Shown: positions 24,783 through 37,829 of the stretch, one piece after another
Position numbering within the stretch: the first letter of the stretch is position 1
How the letters are laid out: every line of letters begins with the position of its first letter
NCBI GenBank assembly: GCA_030390025.1
Contig: CM059432.1
Location: 5,766,001 to 5,830,000 of the forward strand
Reading direction: 5' to 3'
DNA from: Squalus acanthias
Lineage: Eukaryota
DNA: 64,000 bases
The notes under the pieces: generated by a model
The model's input: only the letters and a program-made list of their open reading frames with translations
Database searches by the model: none
Told to the model about the DNA's origin: nothing
Program-made: the position numbers and the translations under genes

Positions 24783-25410
24783 ATTAAATACTGTGGCAAC
24801 AAGAGCAGGTCAGAGGCTGGGTATTCTGTGGCGAGTGTCTCACTTCCTGACTCCCCAAAGCCTTTCCACCATCTACAAGGCACAAGTAAGGAGTGTGATG
24901 GAATACTCTCCACTCGCCTGGATGAGTGCAGCTCCAACAATACTCAAGAAGCTCGACACCATCCAGGACAAAGCAGCCCGCTTGATTGGCACCCCATCCA
25001 CCACCTTAAACATTCACTCCCTCCACCACCGGCGCACCGTGGCTGCAGTGTGTACCATCTACAAGATGCACTGCAGCAACTCGCCAAGGCTTCTTCAGCA
25101 GCACCTTCCAAATCCGTAACCTCTTCCACCTGGAAGGACAAAGGCAGCAGGCGCATGGCAACACCACCACCTCCAAGTTCCCCTCCAAGTCACACACCAT
25201 CCTGACTTGGAAATATATCGGCCGTTCCTTCATCGTCGCTGGGTCAGAATCCTGGAACTCCCTCCCTAACAGCACTGTGGGAGCACCTTCACTACACGGA
25301 CTGCAGCTGTTCAAGAAGGCGGCTCACCACCACCTTCTCAAGGGCAACTAGGGATGGGCAATAAAAATGCTGGCCTTACCAGCGACGCCCAGATCCCATG
25401 AACAAATTTA
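24783..25410 (+). mobile_element. LINE 3' fragment (partner of SINE B)
   Basis: AGQRLGILWRVSHFLTPQSLSTIYKAQVRSVMEYSPLAWMSAAP; same tail as SINE B. Confidence 0.8.
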
Positions 25411-25448
25411 AAAAAAATTAAAATACGCCTTATTCCAGAGTCTCTTAC

Positions 25449-25570
25449 CAAGTAGACCAAAAACTGCCAACTGACGATATATCTGTGGATTTTAACGGCT
25501 GTGACCTCTTGCTGGACGTTGATGGCAAAGGTCACCAGAAGATACGTTCCCAGTACGGCCAACGATCCGC
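25449..25570 (-). CDS. NIPAL2: NIPAL2 coding exon (122 bp; probably exon 5)
   Basis: Reads ctgttag|GCGGATCG...TACTTG|gtaaga; translates (G)GSLAVLGTYLLVTFAINVQQEVTAVKIHRYIVSWQFLVYL. Phase 1-0. Confidence 0.92.
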
Positions 25571-25880
25571 CTAACAGAAAAAGCAAAGGCAAAGCAGCTT
25601 TAAAACAGTCCCGGCATCTGCCAGCAGCTGGTTTAATAAATAGAGTCCAATCAGATACTGCATTACTGGCCAATATGGATTTGGTCATGATTAATCCCCA
25701 ATTCTCCATGACGACCACTGCCGTGTTGGACAGAGAGGTTCTCCGTGGAGGTTTCCAGGAGATCACATGGTGTCGGGTGGGGTAGGGAGTCTATTTATTG
25801 TGATGCACAGGATATTGCGATTGTGGGGGACAGGCTGGATGGAGTAGAAGGTCTTTTCCTGTCTGTCATTGTTCGTATGT

Positions 25881-26230
25881 GTTCAAATCCCTCCATGGCC
25901 TCGCCCCCTCCCAATCTCTCCAGGATCTCTGCGCTCCTCCAATTCTGGCCTCTTGCACATCCCTGATTTCCTTCGCCCCACCATTGGCGGCCATCAGCTG
26001 TCTAGGCCCTAAGCTCTGGAATTCCCTCCTTAAATACTCTCCAACTCTCTCTCCCCCATTAAGACGCTCCTTTAAAGCTATTTCTTTGACTAAGTTTTTG
26101 GTCACCTGTCCGAATACCTCCTTATGTAGCCCGGTGTCAATTTCTTGGTCCGATTATGCGTTAGTGAAGTGCCTTGGGATGTTTTACTACGTTAAAGCAC
26201 TATATAAACGCAAGTTGTTGTTGCTGTTGT
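25881..26230 (+). mobile_element. L2-type LINE 3' end
   Basis: FKSLHGLAP...LGPKLWNSL; ttgttg tail. Confidence 0.75.
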
Positions 26231-26349
26231 GTTAGAGGTCGGAAACTTCAAGAAGGACAGTGTGAACGACTGTGGAGAGCAGCAGTAAAAACGAAACTAA
26301 GTTTAAAAGATAATGATTAAGTCTGTGTCCGTGTTCTCCTCTGCGTGAG

Positions 26350-26965
26350 TCGCCCTCGCTCTGCTGCTGAAACCCTCATCCATGCCTTTGTTACCTCTAG
26401 ACCTGACTATTCCAATACTCTCCTGGCCAGCCTCCCATCTTCTACCCTACAGAAACTTGAGCTCATCCAAAACTCTGCTGCACGTGTCCTAACTCGCACC
26501 AAGACCCGTTCGATACATCATCCCTGTGCTCGCTAACCTACATTGGCACCCGGTCCACCAACGCCTTAATTTAAAAAATTTTCATCCTTTTTTTCAAATC
26601 CCTCCATGGCCTCGTCCCCTCCCTATCTCTGTAACCTCTTCCAGCCCCACAACCCCCCGAGATCTCTGCGCTCCTCCAATTCTGGCCTCTTGAGCATCCC
26701 TGATTATAATCGCTCCACCATTGGCGGCCGTGCCTTTATCTGCCAAGGCCCTAAGCTCTGGAATTCCCTCCCTAAGCCTCTCCGCCTCTCCGCCTCTCTT
26801 TCCTCCTTTAAGACGCTCCTTAAAACCTACCTCTGTGACCAACCTGTCCAAATATCTCCTTCTGTGGCTCGGTGTCAAATGTTGTTTGATAATCGCTCCT
26901 GTGAAGCACCTTGGGACATTTTACTACGTTAAAGGTGCTACATAAATACAAGTTGTTGTTGTTGC
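26350..26965 (+). mobile_element. L2-type LINE 3' portion
   Basis: AETLIHAFVTSRPDYSNTLLASLP...IQNSAARVLT is an L2-clade ORF2 C-terminal motif; ttgttg tail. Confidence 0.85.
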
Positions 26966-27215
26966 TTGACGCACACACCCTTCAGTAGTCCTGTTTTTGA
27001 AGCGACTCTCTTTTGAAAGAATCTATGGATCTGCTTGGTTTGTGGATGAGAATTCCACAATCTCACCAGCCGGCACGGGATGAAACTATTTCGAATCTCC
27101 CACAGGGAACAGGGAGAGGCAATATACACTTGATGGCACAGTTTTAAAGAGTGCGCAGGGACAGAGGGACCTGGGAGTTAATGTGCATAGGTCACTGAAG
27201 GTGGCGGGACATATT

Positions 27216-28600
27216 GAGAACAGTTCCTGCAGATTGGAGGATAGCAAATGTAACCCCGCTATTTAAGAAAGGAAGGAGAGAGAAAACGGGGAACTACAGA
27301 CCTGTTAGCCTCACATCAGTAATTGGGAAAATGCTGGAATCTATTATAAAGGATGCAATAACTGGGCACTTAGAAACTAATAGTAAGATTGGGCAGAGTC
27401 AACATGGATTTATGAAAGGGAAATCCTGTTTAACAAACCTATTGGAGTTCTTTGAGGATGTAACTAGTGGAGTAGACAAAGGGGAACTGGTAGATGTGGT
27501 GTATTTGGATTTTCAGAAGGCCTTCGATAAGGTCCCACACAAGAGGTTGGTGAACAAAATTAGGGCACATGGAATTGGGGGTAATATACTAGCATGGATT
27601 GAGAATTGGTTAACAGACAGAAAACAAAGAATAGGGATAAACGGGTCTTTTTCAGGATGGCAAGCTGTGACTAGTGGGGTACCGCAAGGATCGGTGCTTG
27701 GGCCCCAGCTATTCACAATCTATATCAATGATTTGAATGAGGGGACTAAATGTAACATTTCCAAATTTGCTGATGATACAAAGCTAGGTGGCAGTGTCAG
27801 TTGTGAAGAGGATGTGAAGAGGCTTCAAGGGGATTTCTTAAATGGTGAAAGATTGGGGAATGCAGATGCTCAAAGGGACTTGGGTGTCCTTGTACATGAG
27901 TCACTGAAAGTGAATGTGCAGGTGCAGCAAGCTATTAGGAAGGCAAATGGTATGCTGGCCTTATTACAAGAGGATTTGAGTACAGGAGTAAAGAAGTCTT
28001 ACTCCAATTATATTGGGCCTTGGTGAGACCACACCTGGAGTACTGTGTACAATTTTGGTCTCCTTACCGAAGGAAGGATATACTTGCCATAGAGGGAGTG
28101 CAACGAAGGTTCACGAGATTGATTCCTGGGATGGCGGGACTGTCGTATGAGAAGAGATTGAGTAAACTAAGCCTGTAGTCTCTTGAATTCAGAAGAATGA
28201 GAGGGGATCTCATTGAAGCATACAAAATTATTACAGGGCTTGATAGGGTGGATGCTGGGAGAATGTTTCCCTTGGCTGGGGAGTCTAGAACCAGGGGCCA
28301 CAGCCTCAGGATAAAGGGTAGGCCAGTCAGGACTGAGATGAGAAGAAATTTCTTCACACAGAGGGTGGTGAATCTTTGAAATTCTCTACTCCAGAGGGCT
28401 GTGGAGGCTCAGTCATTGGATATATTCAAAGCAGAAGTCGATAGATTTCTGACTAGTAAGGGCATCAAGGGATATGGCGATAGGGCCAGTGAATGGAGTT
28501 GAGGCAGAAGATCAGCCAAGATCTCATTGAATGGTGGAGCAGGCTTGAAGGGCCAAATGGCCTACTCCTGCTCCTATTTCTTATGTTCTTATGTTCTTAT
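27216..28600 (+). mobile_element. CR1 RT-to-3'-end fragment with internal deletion, frameshift and stops
   Basis: NYRPVSLTS...YLDFQKAFDKVPH...[10 protein letters not shown]...FADD; ttcttatg tail. Confidence 0.9.
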
Positions 28601-28601
28601 G

Positions 28602-29567
28602 AGTGGTTAGCAAAGCATATGGAATCTTGGGCTTCATAAATACAGAGTACAAAAGTAGAGAAGTTATGCTGAACCTTTATAAAGCGCTGGTTAGGCCACA
28701 ACTATGGGCAACACGGTGGCATAGTGGTTAGCACTGTTGCCTCACAGCGCCAGGGACCCGGGTTCGAATCCGGCCTCGGGTGACTGTCTGTGTGGAGTTT
28801 GCACATTCTCCCTGTGTCTGCGTGGGTTTCCTCCGGGTGCTCTGGTTTCCTCCCACAGTCCAAAGATGTGCAGGTTAGGTTGATTTGGCTATGATAAATT
28901 GACCCTTAGTGTTAGGGGGGATTAAATACGTGGGGTTACGGGGATAGGGTGGGATTTGTGTCGGTGCAGGCTCGATGGGCCGAAATGGCCTCTATCTGCA
29001 CTGTTGTGATTCTGTGACAACTGGAGTATTGCATCCAGTTCTGGCCACCACACTTTAGGAAGGATGTGAAGGCCCTCAAGAGGGTGCAGAGGAGATTTAC
29101 CAGAATGGTTCCGGGGATGGGGGATCTTAGTTACAAGGACAGGTTGGAGAAGCTGGATTTGTTTTCATTAGAGCAAAGGAGGTTGAGGGGTGATTTGATC
29201 GAGGTGTACAAGATCATGACGGGTTTGGATAGGCTAGACGGGGAAAGGCTGTTCCCACTAATTGATGGTACAAGGACTAGGGGACACAGATTTAAGGTTT
29301 TGGGCAAAAGATACAGGGGGGAATGTGAGGAAAAATGTTTTTATGCAGCGAGTGGTGAGGACCTGGAACTCGCTGCCGACGGAAGTGGTGGAAGCGGAGA
29401 CACTCGATGTTTTCAAGGGGAGACTGGATAGGCGCTTGAGGGAAATAAACTTGCAGGGCTACAGGGATAGAGCGGGGGAATGGGACTGACTGGATTGCTC
29501 TACAGAGAGCCGGCACGGACTCGATGGGCCGAATGGCCTCCTTCTGTGCCGTTATGACTCTATGACT
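28602..29567 (+). mobile_element. CR1 3' fragment carrying a nested V-SINE
   Basis: YKALVRPQL|EYCIQFW is split by the SINE; actctatg tail. Confidence 0.85.
28704..29016 (+). mobile_element. HE1-like V-SINE, full length
   Basis: tRNA head with A/B-box-like tggcatagtgg and ggttcgaatcc; V domain gtctgtgtggagtttgcacattctccc...ggtttcctcccacagtccaaagatgtgc; CR1-like tail; TSD acaact at 28698-28703 and 29017-29022. Confidence 0.88.
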
Positions 29568-29851
29568 CCCCCTTTCATTCTTTTTATGATTATCTTAAAT
29601 TTTAGGCAGACACATTCACTGTGGACTAAAGATACAGAACAACAAATGATTAAGTGATCATGAAAGTGGCAGAAACACATTTTCTGCAGCAGTTTGTAGT
29701 TGGATTCCTCTCGGTCAATTCATTTAAAATTAAAAGAATTATGTTGTGTCAAGTACGTTCATATCGTAAATTGGAATCATTTTCAATTTTAGGCACCAGA
29801 ATATCAGCATTAAACACAGTCACGTCAGGAACACATGGATAAGGACGAACA

Positions 29852-30368
29852 GAAGGACATGAAGGCCTTGGAGAGGACACAGAGGAGATTTACTGGAATG
29901 GTTCCAGGGATGAGGGACTTCAGTTACGTGGAGAGACTGGAGAAGCTGGGGCTGTTCCCCTTGGAGCAGAGAAGGCTGAGAGGAGATTTGATAGAGGTGT
30001 TTAAAATCATGAAGGTTTAGACAGAGTAGAGAGAGAGAGAAACTGTTTCTATTGGCGGAAGGGTCGATAACCAGAGGGCACAGATTTAAGGTGATTGGCA
30101 AAAGAACCAGAGGCGACATGAGGAGAAACTTTTTTAAGCAACGAGTGGTTAGGATTTGGAATGCGCTGCCTGATCGGGTGGTGGAAACAGATTCAATAGT
30201 AGCCTTCAAAAGGGAATTGGATAAATACTCATAGGAGAAAAATTGCAGGGATATGGGGAAAGAGCCGGGGGGGCGGGGATTAACTGGATTGCTCTTCGAA
30301 AGAGCCGGCGCAGACTCGATGGGCCAAATGGCCTCCTTCTGTGCTGTACTATTCTATGGTTCTATGAT
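29852..30368 (+). mobile_element. CR1 3' fragment
   Basis: QRRFTGMVPGM...RGDLIEVFK...IWNALP; ttctatg tail. Confidence 0.87.
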
Positions 30369-30434
30369 AGAGAGTAAAGCTCTCCTTACTGTATCCTGAC
30401 AATGTACCCTAAGCGATAAGTGTCCCAGACTCTT

Positions 30435-30800
30435 GGCCTGAAATTTCCTCCTCTGGGCGGAGTTTCGTCAGAAGTTTACTTCAACCCTACCCTCCGTGTA
30501 CGCCCTAATCCGGGCCCATTTTCCCAGGCCTAGATCGAGGCCTTCGGCAGGTGAGCCTCTGGAGGGAGAGCAGGCCATTGCAAGGCCCTCTCTCTGCATT
30601 CGGGTATTCGCCATTGCTTCCCACGGTTTGCCATCACCTCCCACATGGTGGCGCTGGGAAGTGTTTGCGGACAGCAGTGAAATCCACCGGGACCCCAGGC
30701 CCCCCACCCACTGTCATTTACATGTAGCGGGCAGGAAGGAGTAGGCAGTGGGTCAGTGGGGCAGGGGTGTGGGGGGTGGGCGGACGGAAATTTCGGTCAG
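30435..30800. mobile_element. Degenerate MITE-like GC-rich element
   Basis: Imperfect TIR ggcctgaaatttcc / ggaaatttcggtc. Confidence 0.35.
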
Positions 30801-31019
30801 GCAGTGAGATGGCAGTGGGCCCCACCAACCCAGTTGTCCGACATTCCCCCGAAATCGGGTGGGATTACAGAGAAGAATCCCTCCCTCCCCCATCGTACCG
30901 ATATGCCGTTGACAATAAACTATCACTATTCTCTGCACGTGCGGTATATGACTTAAAAGGCGGCATATTATCGGGAAAGACTGAACAGGTTGGGGCTTTT
31001 TTCTTTAGAAAAGAGAAGT

Positions 31020-31357
31020 CGTAGAGGAGAACTGACGGAGATCTTCAAAATTATGAATGGGTTGGACAGGGTAGATGTGGAGAGAATGTTTCCACTTGTG
31101 GGAGAATCCAAAAACTAGGGGCCATAAATACAGGATAGTCACTAAAAAAAATGCAGTAGAGAAATAAGGAGAAACGTCTTCACCCAGAGAGTGGTGAGAA
31201 TGTGGAACTCGCTCCCACAGGGAGTGGTTGAGGCGAATAGCTTAGATGCATTCAACAGGAAACCAGTCGAGTACACGAGAGAAAAAGGAAATAGAAAGAT
31301 ATGCTGAAAGGCTGGGATGAGGGAGATGGAATGGGAGGAGACTCGTGTGGAGTGTAA
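31020..31357 (+). mobile_element. CR1 3' fragment
   Basis: Same subfamily as the adjacent copy at 31358-31757; truncated at ggagtgtaa. Confidence 0.78.
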
Positions 31358-31757
31358 ACTAATAGTCCCGACTATTCCTGAGGTCTTTAAAATTATGGAT
31401 GGGTTGGACAGGGTAGATGTGGAGAGAATGTTTCCACTTGTGGGCGAATCTAAAACTAGGGGCCCATAAATACAAGATAGTTACTAATAAATCTAACAGA
31501 GAAGTAAAGAGGAACTTCTTCACCCAGAGAGTGGTGAGAATGTGGAACTCGCTACCACAGGAAGTGGTCGAGGCAAATAGCTTAGATGCTTTCCAAATTA
31601 AACCAGACGAGTACACGAGCAAAAAGGGAATCGAAAGATATGCTGAAAGGCTGAGATGAGGGAGGTGGAATGGGAGCAGACTTGTGTGGAGTGCAAACAC
31701 CAGCACAGACTGGTTGGGCCGAATGGCTGTCTCTCTGTCCTGTATATTCTATGTAAT
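31358..31757 (+). mobile_element. CR1 3' fragment with a short palindromic 5' head (copy 2)
   Basis: Same 5' head as 9412-9805 and a near-identical 3' UTR. Confidence 0.8.
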
Positions 31758-32086
31758 TAAGTCTAGAATAAAAAGACTGCTTCCCATTTGACCACCTACC
31801 CCTGTGAATCTGGACTGCTCAGTTTTGTAACCCAAAATGTTACTTCATTATGTCAGTGCTCCAATTTCAGGACTTGTGTACGGACCACCCTGGTGTAACA
31901 TTTATCTTTCTTTTACGGCCAATTATTTATTACGTTTCAAGATAAGGGTACCCTGGGGGCGACAGGGAAAGAACGCGGATCTCTAGATAAATCAAGGGGT
32001 TGGCTGTTATAATGCAGCATTAATATTCAGTAATCAGCCACGTAACTCAAACTGAAGGGTTACGTATTACAGAAGATATCACTTAC

Positions 32087-32146
32087 CCAGGATATCTGAA
32101 GAACGTAGAGTCTCCTTCAGGAACACCACAGAAATGGCTGCACTCG
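32087..32146 (-). CDS. NIPAL2: NIPAL2 coding exon (60 bp; probably exon 4)
   Basis: Reads tttatttag|CGAGTGCAGCC...ATCCTGG|gtaagt; translates (A)SAAISVVFLKETLRSSDIL(G). Phase 1-1 fits both neighbours. Confidence 0.92.
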
Positions 32147-32416
32147 CTAAATAAAAAATGATATTTTTGGCATTATTGCATGGTACTCGCAATTATCAAT
32201 GTTTTGCATTAAAACAGAAAATCGTAAACCAATGCGATAAAGATCTAATATTGCTGGAACACTGATTATAGTCAGCAAAAGCTCCATGGGTACTCCTGCA
32301 TGTGCAGCAGGAGGGAGAAAGGAGGGCAAGGGATCAAACAGGCTAACGTTCTCCCGTTCTTCCCTGAAAGCTTTGGCTCCTTGCTGTGGTATGTTTCCAC
32401 GGTCACCAATACTCCT

Positions 32417-32850
32417 GTGTCAGCCGTGGCTCAGTGGGTAGCACTCTGGCCTTTGAGTCAAAAGGTTGTGGGTTCAAGTCCCACCTCTTGAGACTTGAGC
32501 ACATAAATCTAGGCTGACACTCCAGTGCAAGTACTGAGGGAACGCTGCACTGTCGGACGTGCCATCTTTCAGATGAGATGTTAAACCAAGGCCCCGTCTG
32601 CTCTCTCAGGTTGGATGTAAACTAGTTCTGCCTGGTATCCTAGCCAGTATTTATCTTTCAACCAACATCACTGAAACAGATTATCTGGTCATTATCACAC
32701 TGTGGTTTGTGGGACCTTGCTATGTGCAATTGGCTGCTGTGTTTCCCACATTACAACAGTGACTACACTTCAAAATTGGCTGTAAAGCACTTTGCGGTGT
32801 CCTGAGCCTGAGGCTGTGAAAGGTACTATATAAATGCAAGTTCTTTCTTT
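32417..32850 (+). mobile_element. DeuSINE
   Basis: Head to tail, with a small internal deletion. Confidence 0.8.
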
Positions 32851-32877
32851 ACCTCACCGAGCTGGCTATTATTCATA

Positions 32878-33282
32878 TGTGGCTCAGTGGCAGTACTCTC
32901 CCATTGAGTCAGAAAGTCATAGGCTTAAGCCCCACTCCAGGACTTCAGCACCTAATCAAGGCTGACACTTCAGTGCAGTACTGAGGGAGTGCTACACTGT
33001 CAGAGGTCCCATCTTTCGGATGAGGGCCTGCTTCAATGGATGTAAATATCCCATGGCACTTCATGAAGTGGAGGTGTCCTTGGCAACATTTATCCCTCAA
33101 CCAAAATAGATTTGCTGGTCATTTAGCTCAGTGTTGTTTGTGGGGTCTTGCTGTGCCCAAATTGGTTTCTTCGTTTGACTGCAAAACAACAATGACTACA
33201 CTTCAAAAGCGATTTTTTGTCTGTAAAGCGCTTTGGGACATCCTGGGGACATGAAAGGCGCTATACAAATGCAAGTTCTTTG
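32878..33282 (+). mobile_element. DeuSINE (older, diverged)
   Basis: gtggctcagtggcagtactctc...ggcgctatacaaatgcaagttc. Confidence 0.72.
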
Positions 33283-33416
33283 TCTTTATAAACCTCGAGA
33301 GCGAGTGTCAGCAGGCTATTCAAACATGGGGTGGTCGACTCACTAAATTATTTGCTAAACCGTTGAGGGAGACCAATTCAGATTTTTTAAGTCACTTTCT
33401 ATGGTGGTATCTGAAA

Positions 33417-33670
33417 GCCCCTGTGCTCGCTGACCTACATTGGCTCCCGGTCCAGCAATGCCTCGATTTTAAAATTCTCATCCTTGTCCCTATCTCTGTA
33501 ATCTCCTCCAGCCCTACAACCCTCCGAGATCTCTGCGCTTCTCCAATTCTGGCCTCTTGCGCATCCCGGATTTCCTTCGCTCCACCATTGGCTGCCCAAG
33601 CCCCAAGCTCTGGAACTCTCTCCCTAAACCTCTCCGCCTCGCTACCTCTCTCTCTCCTTCTTTAAGACGC
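33417..33670 (+). mobile_element. L2 fragment
   Basis: PVLADLHWLPVQQCLDFKIL. Confidence 0.72.
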
Positions 33671-34011
33671 TGGTGAATCTGCGCTGCACGGCTTCCAAGG
33701 CCAACTTATCCTTTCTAAGGTGTGGTGCCCAGAACTGTAAACAGTACTCCAGATGTGGTCTAACCAGGGGTTTGTATAGCTGGAGCAAAACTTCCTCCCC
33801 TTTAATGTATTTGCCTGTACCCTTTAATACTTTTGTTCTTTGAGTGTTTATTCAATTCTTTCTTTAAAGCAAGGATTGAGGTGGATACAATTGCCACTTG
33901 TGGTAACACATTCCATATTCGAATAACCCTTTGTGTGAAAATATTTCCTTTATGCTATTAGTACTAATCCAAAATTCATACCGAATTAGCATGGAGAGAG
34001 AAATGGTATTC

Positions 34012-34413
34012 TGAGTGGGTAGCACTCTCGCCTCTGAGTCACTCCAGAGACTTGAACACAATAAGCTAGACTGACACTCCAGTGCAGTGCTGAGGCAGCG
34101 CTGCACCATCTGAGGTGCTGTCTTTCAGATGAGATGTTAAACCGAGGCCCCATCTGCTCCCTCAGGTGGATGTAAACGATCCCATGGCACTATTTCAAAG
34201 AAGAGCAGGGGAGTTCTCCCCAGTGTCCTGGCCAATATTTATCCCTCAACCAACATCACCAGAACAGATTATTTGGTCTTTTTCACATTGCTGTTTGTGG
34301 GAGCTTGCTGTGCGCAGATTGACGACCGCGTTTCCTACATTACAACAGTGACTACACTTCAAAAAGTACCTCATTGGCTGTAAAGCACTTTGGGACGTCC
34401 TGAAGTCGTGAAA
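34012..34413 (+). mobile_element. DeuSINE
   Basis: Body and tail match the other copies. Confidence 0.8.
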
Positions 34414-34421
34414 AACTTACA

Positions 34422-37360
34422 TTTCTATTGCGCAATGAGAAAGGGTTAATTAATAACCTTGTAGTAAAGGGGCCTTTAGGGAAGAGTGACCATAATATGA
34501 TAGAATTTTATATTGAGTTTGAAAGTGATTTAGTTAAATCCGAAACTAGGGTCTTAAATCTAAACAAAGCAAACTACGTAGGTATGAGGGGCGAGTTGGC
34601 TAAGATAGATTGGGAATTAAAAGGTATGACGGTAGACAAGCAATGGCTAGCATTTAAAGAATTAATACATAATTTACAACAAATATACATTCCTTTAAGG
34701 CACAAAAATCCCTAAGGAAAAGTGGTCCAACCGTGGCTAACAAGAGAAGTTAAAGATAGTATTAGATCAAAGGAAGAGACTTATAATGTTGCCAAAAAGA
34801 GTAGTAAGCCTGAGGATTGGGAGGATTTTAGAATTCAACAAAGGAGGACCAAGAAATAGATAAAGAAAGGGAAAATAGAATATGAGAGTAAACTAGCAAG
34901 AGACATAAAAACAGACTGTAAAAGCTTCTATAGGTATGTAAAAAGGAAAAGATTAGCGAAAGTAAATGTGGGTCCCTTACAGGCTGAGACAGGAGAAATT
35001 ATAATGGGGAATAAGGAAATGGCAGTGAAATTAAACAAATGCTTTGTGTCTGTCTTCACGGAAGAAGAGACAAAAAACTTCCCGGAAATAGTGGATTACC
35101 AAGGGTCTAGCGAGAATGAGGAACTTAAAGAAATTAGTATTAGTAAAAAATAGTACTGGAGAAATTAATGGGACGGAAAGCCAATAAATCCCCTGGACCT
35201 GATGGCCTACATCCTAGGGTTTTGAAAGAGGTGGCTATAGAGATAGTGGATGCATTGGTTATAATTTTCCAAAATTCCATAGATTCTAGAACGGTTTCCC
35301 TGGATTGGAAGTTGGCAAATGTAACCCTGCTATTTAAGAAAGGAGGGAGAGAGAAAACGGGGAAACTACAGACCAGTTAGTTAACACGGATTTATAAAAG
35401 GGAAATCGTGTTTGACGAATCTTTTTGAGGTTGTAACTAGCAGAATAGATAAGGGGGAGCCAGTGGATGTGCTGTATTTGGATTTTCAGAAGATATTCGA
35501 TAAGGTGAGACACAAGCGGTTATTAAACAAAATTAGGGTTCATGAGATTGGGGGTACTATACTAGCATGGATTGAGGATTGGTTAACGGACAGAAAACAG
35601 AGAGTAGGAATAAACTAGTTATTTTCGGGTTGGCAGGCTGTAACTAGTGGGGTACTGCAAGGATTAGTGCTTGGGCCGCAGCTATTCACAATCTACATTA
35701 ATGATTTGGATGAGGGGACCAAATGTAATATATCCAAGTTTGCTGATGATACAAAGCTGGGTGTGAATGTAAGTTGTGAGGAGGATGCAAGGAGGCTTCT
35801 TCTTCTCTTCTTAGGCAGTCCCTCGGAACCGAGGATGACTTGCTTCCACACTAAAAATTAGTTCTCAGGTGACTGATGAGTCCAATGCGGGACCTACAGT
35901 CTCTGTCACAGGTGGGGCAGACGGTTGCTGAAGGGGCGGGTGGGTGGGATGCTTGGGTTGACGTGCGCTCCTTCTGCTGTTTGTGCTTGGCTTCCACTTG
36001 CTCCCGGTGAAGAGACTCGAGGTGTTCGGCGCCTTCCCAGATGCTTCTCCTCCACTTTGTGCGGTCTTGGGCCAGGGATTCCCAGGTGTCGGTGGGGATG
36101 TTGCACTTTTTCAAGGAGGCTTTGAGGGTGTCCTTGAAACATTTCCTCTGCCCACCTGGGGCTCTCTTGCCGTGTCGGAGCTCCGAGTAGAGCGCTTGTT
36201 TTGGGAGTCTCGTATCGGGCATGCGGACGATGTGGCCCGTCCACCGGAGCTGATCAAGCGTGGTCAAAGCTTCGATGCTGGGGATGTTGGCCTGAGCGAG
36301 AACACTGACGTTAGTGCGCCTATCCTGCCAATGGATTTGCAGGATCTTGCAGAGGCAGCGTTGGTGGTACCTCTCCAGTGCTTTGAGGTGCCTGCTGTAC
36401 ATGGTCCATGTCTCTGAAGCATACAGGAGGGCGGGTATCACTACTGCTCTGTAGACCATGAGCTTGGTGCTGAGTTTGAGGTCCTGGTCTTCAAACACTC
36501 TCTTCCTCAGGCTATAGACAGGCTAAGTGAGTGGGCAAGAACATGGCAAATGGAATATAATGTGGAGAAATGTGAAGTTATCCACTTTGGTAGGAAAAAT
36601 AGAAAAGCAGAGTATTTTTTAAATGGTGAGAGATTGGGAAATGTTGGTGTTCAGAGGGACCTGGGTGTCCTTGTATATGAATCACTGAAAGTTAACATGC
36701 AGGTACAGCAAGCAATTAGGAAAGCAAATGGTATGTTGGCCTGTATTACAAGAGGATTTGAGTGTAAGAGTAAAGACGTCTTACTGCAATTATATAGGGC
36801 CCTGGTGAGACCACACCTGGAGTATTGTGTACAGTTTTGGTCTCCTTACCTAAGGAAGGATATACTTGCCATAGAGGGAGTGCAACGAAGGTTCACCAGA
36901 CTGATTTCTGGGATGGGAGGACTGTCCTATGAGAACAGATTGAGTAGACTAGGCCTATATTCTCTGGAGTTTAGAAGAATGAGAGGGGATCTCATTGAAA
37001 CATACAAAATTCTTACAGGGCTTGACAGGGTAGATGCAGGGAGGATGTTTCCCCTGGCTGGGGAGTCTAGAACCAGGGGTCACAGTCTCAGAATAAGGGG
37101 TCGGCCATTTAGGACTGAGATGAGGAGAAATTTCTTCACTCAGAGGGTGGTGAATCTTTGGAATTCTCTACCCCAGAGGGCTGTGGATGCTCAGTCGTTG
37201 AGTATATTCAAGACAGAGTTCGATAGATTTTTGGATATTAAGGGGGATAGTGCAGGAAAGTGGAGATGAGGTAGAAGATCAGCCATGATCTTATTGAATG
37301 GCGGATCAGGCCGGAGGGCCCGAATGGCCTACTCCTGCTCTTAATTCTTATGTTCTTATT
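34422..37360 (+). mobile_element. Long CR1 ORF2 remnant (end of endonuclease region to 3' end), interrupted by an RTE insertion
   Basis: PLGKSDHNMIEF, KSPGPDGLHPRVLKE, FADD, then WQMEYNVEKC...WNSLP; stops and frameshifts; ttcttatg tail. Confidence 0.9.
35797..36511 (-). mobile_element. RTE-clade LINE 3' end
   Basis: KLMVYRAVVIPALLYASETW...QLRWTGHIVRMPDTRLPKQALYSEL...GGQRK.FKD, a C-terminal CPTC..C...HL knuckle and a (GAA)n tail. Confidence 0.88.
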
Positions 37361-37829
37361 GTATAGAATTAGTAGGAAGGGAAAAGCAAAGATGAATTTC
37401 TAAACAGATGCTTTCTGGCTGACTGACAGCTGACAGACTAAAAGCAAATCCTAAATCTGACCAAATTGCACCTGCCAACATAATGAACTAGAAGGGAAAT
37501 ATTGAAGCAACCTTGCGTGTTACTGTGTGGGCGTTAAGAAGATTTCACTGACTTGAATGTGAGAACAAACTGCAGGAAAAATAAAATGTCATCGAACTGC
37601 AGTTCGATGTGAAAGAACCTCATGTGGTGCTCGAGATGGAATTGAGAGAGTCGTTTGTGCAAAAAATAGAACGCTGTGCCCCCTAATTGAGCATTGCACC
37701 CTGTGGAATTGCCACGGAGTTATTGGACATTTGTGCTTCTAATCGGACTATCATGTGCTATTAGCTATGTGATAACCTAAGGGCATTGTGCAGTTATACT
37801 TGTGTTGAGCATCTGATAATAAAAGAAAA

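Noticed and set aside
27214..28026. Reverse transcriptase ORFs (also 36550-37269 and 60062-60793) as functional genes or a novel RT system
   Set aside because: They are 5'-truncated CR1 remnants with deletions, frameshifts and stops.
28706..28780. tRNA gene
   Set aside because: The tRNA-like A/B boxes are the head of a V-SINE. The same applies to the DeuSINE and SINE B heads.
35870..35900. Hammerhead ribozyme core (ctgatga)
   Set aside because: It lies within RTE coding sequence and has no properly placed GAAA or flanking stems.
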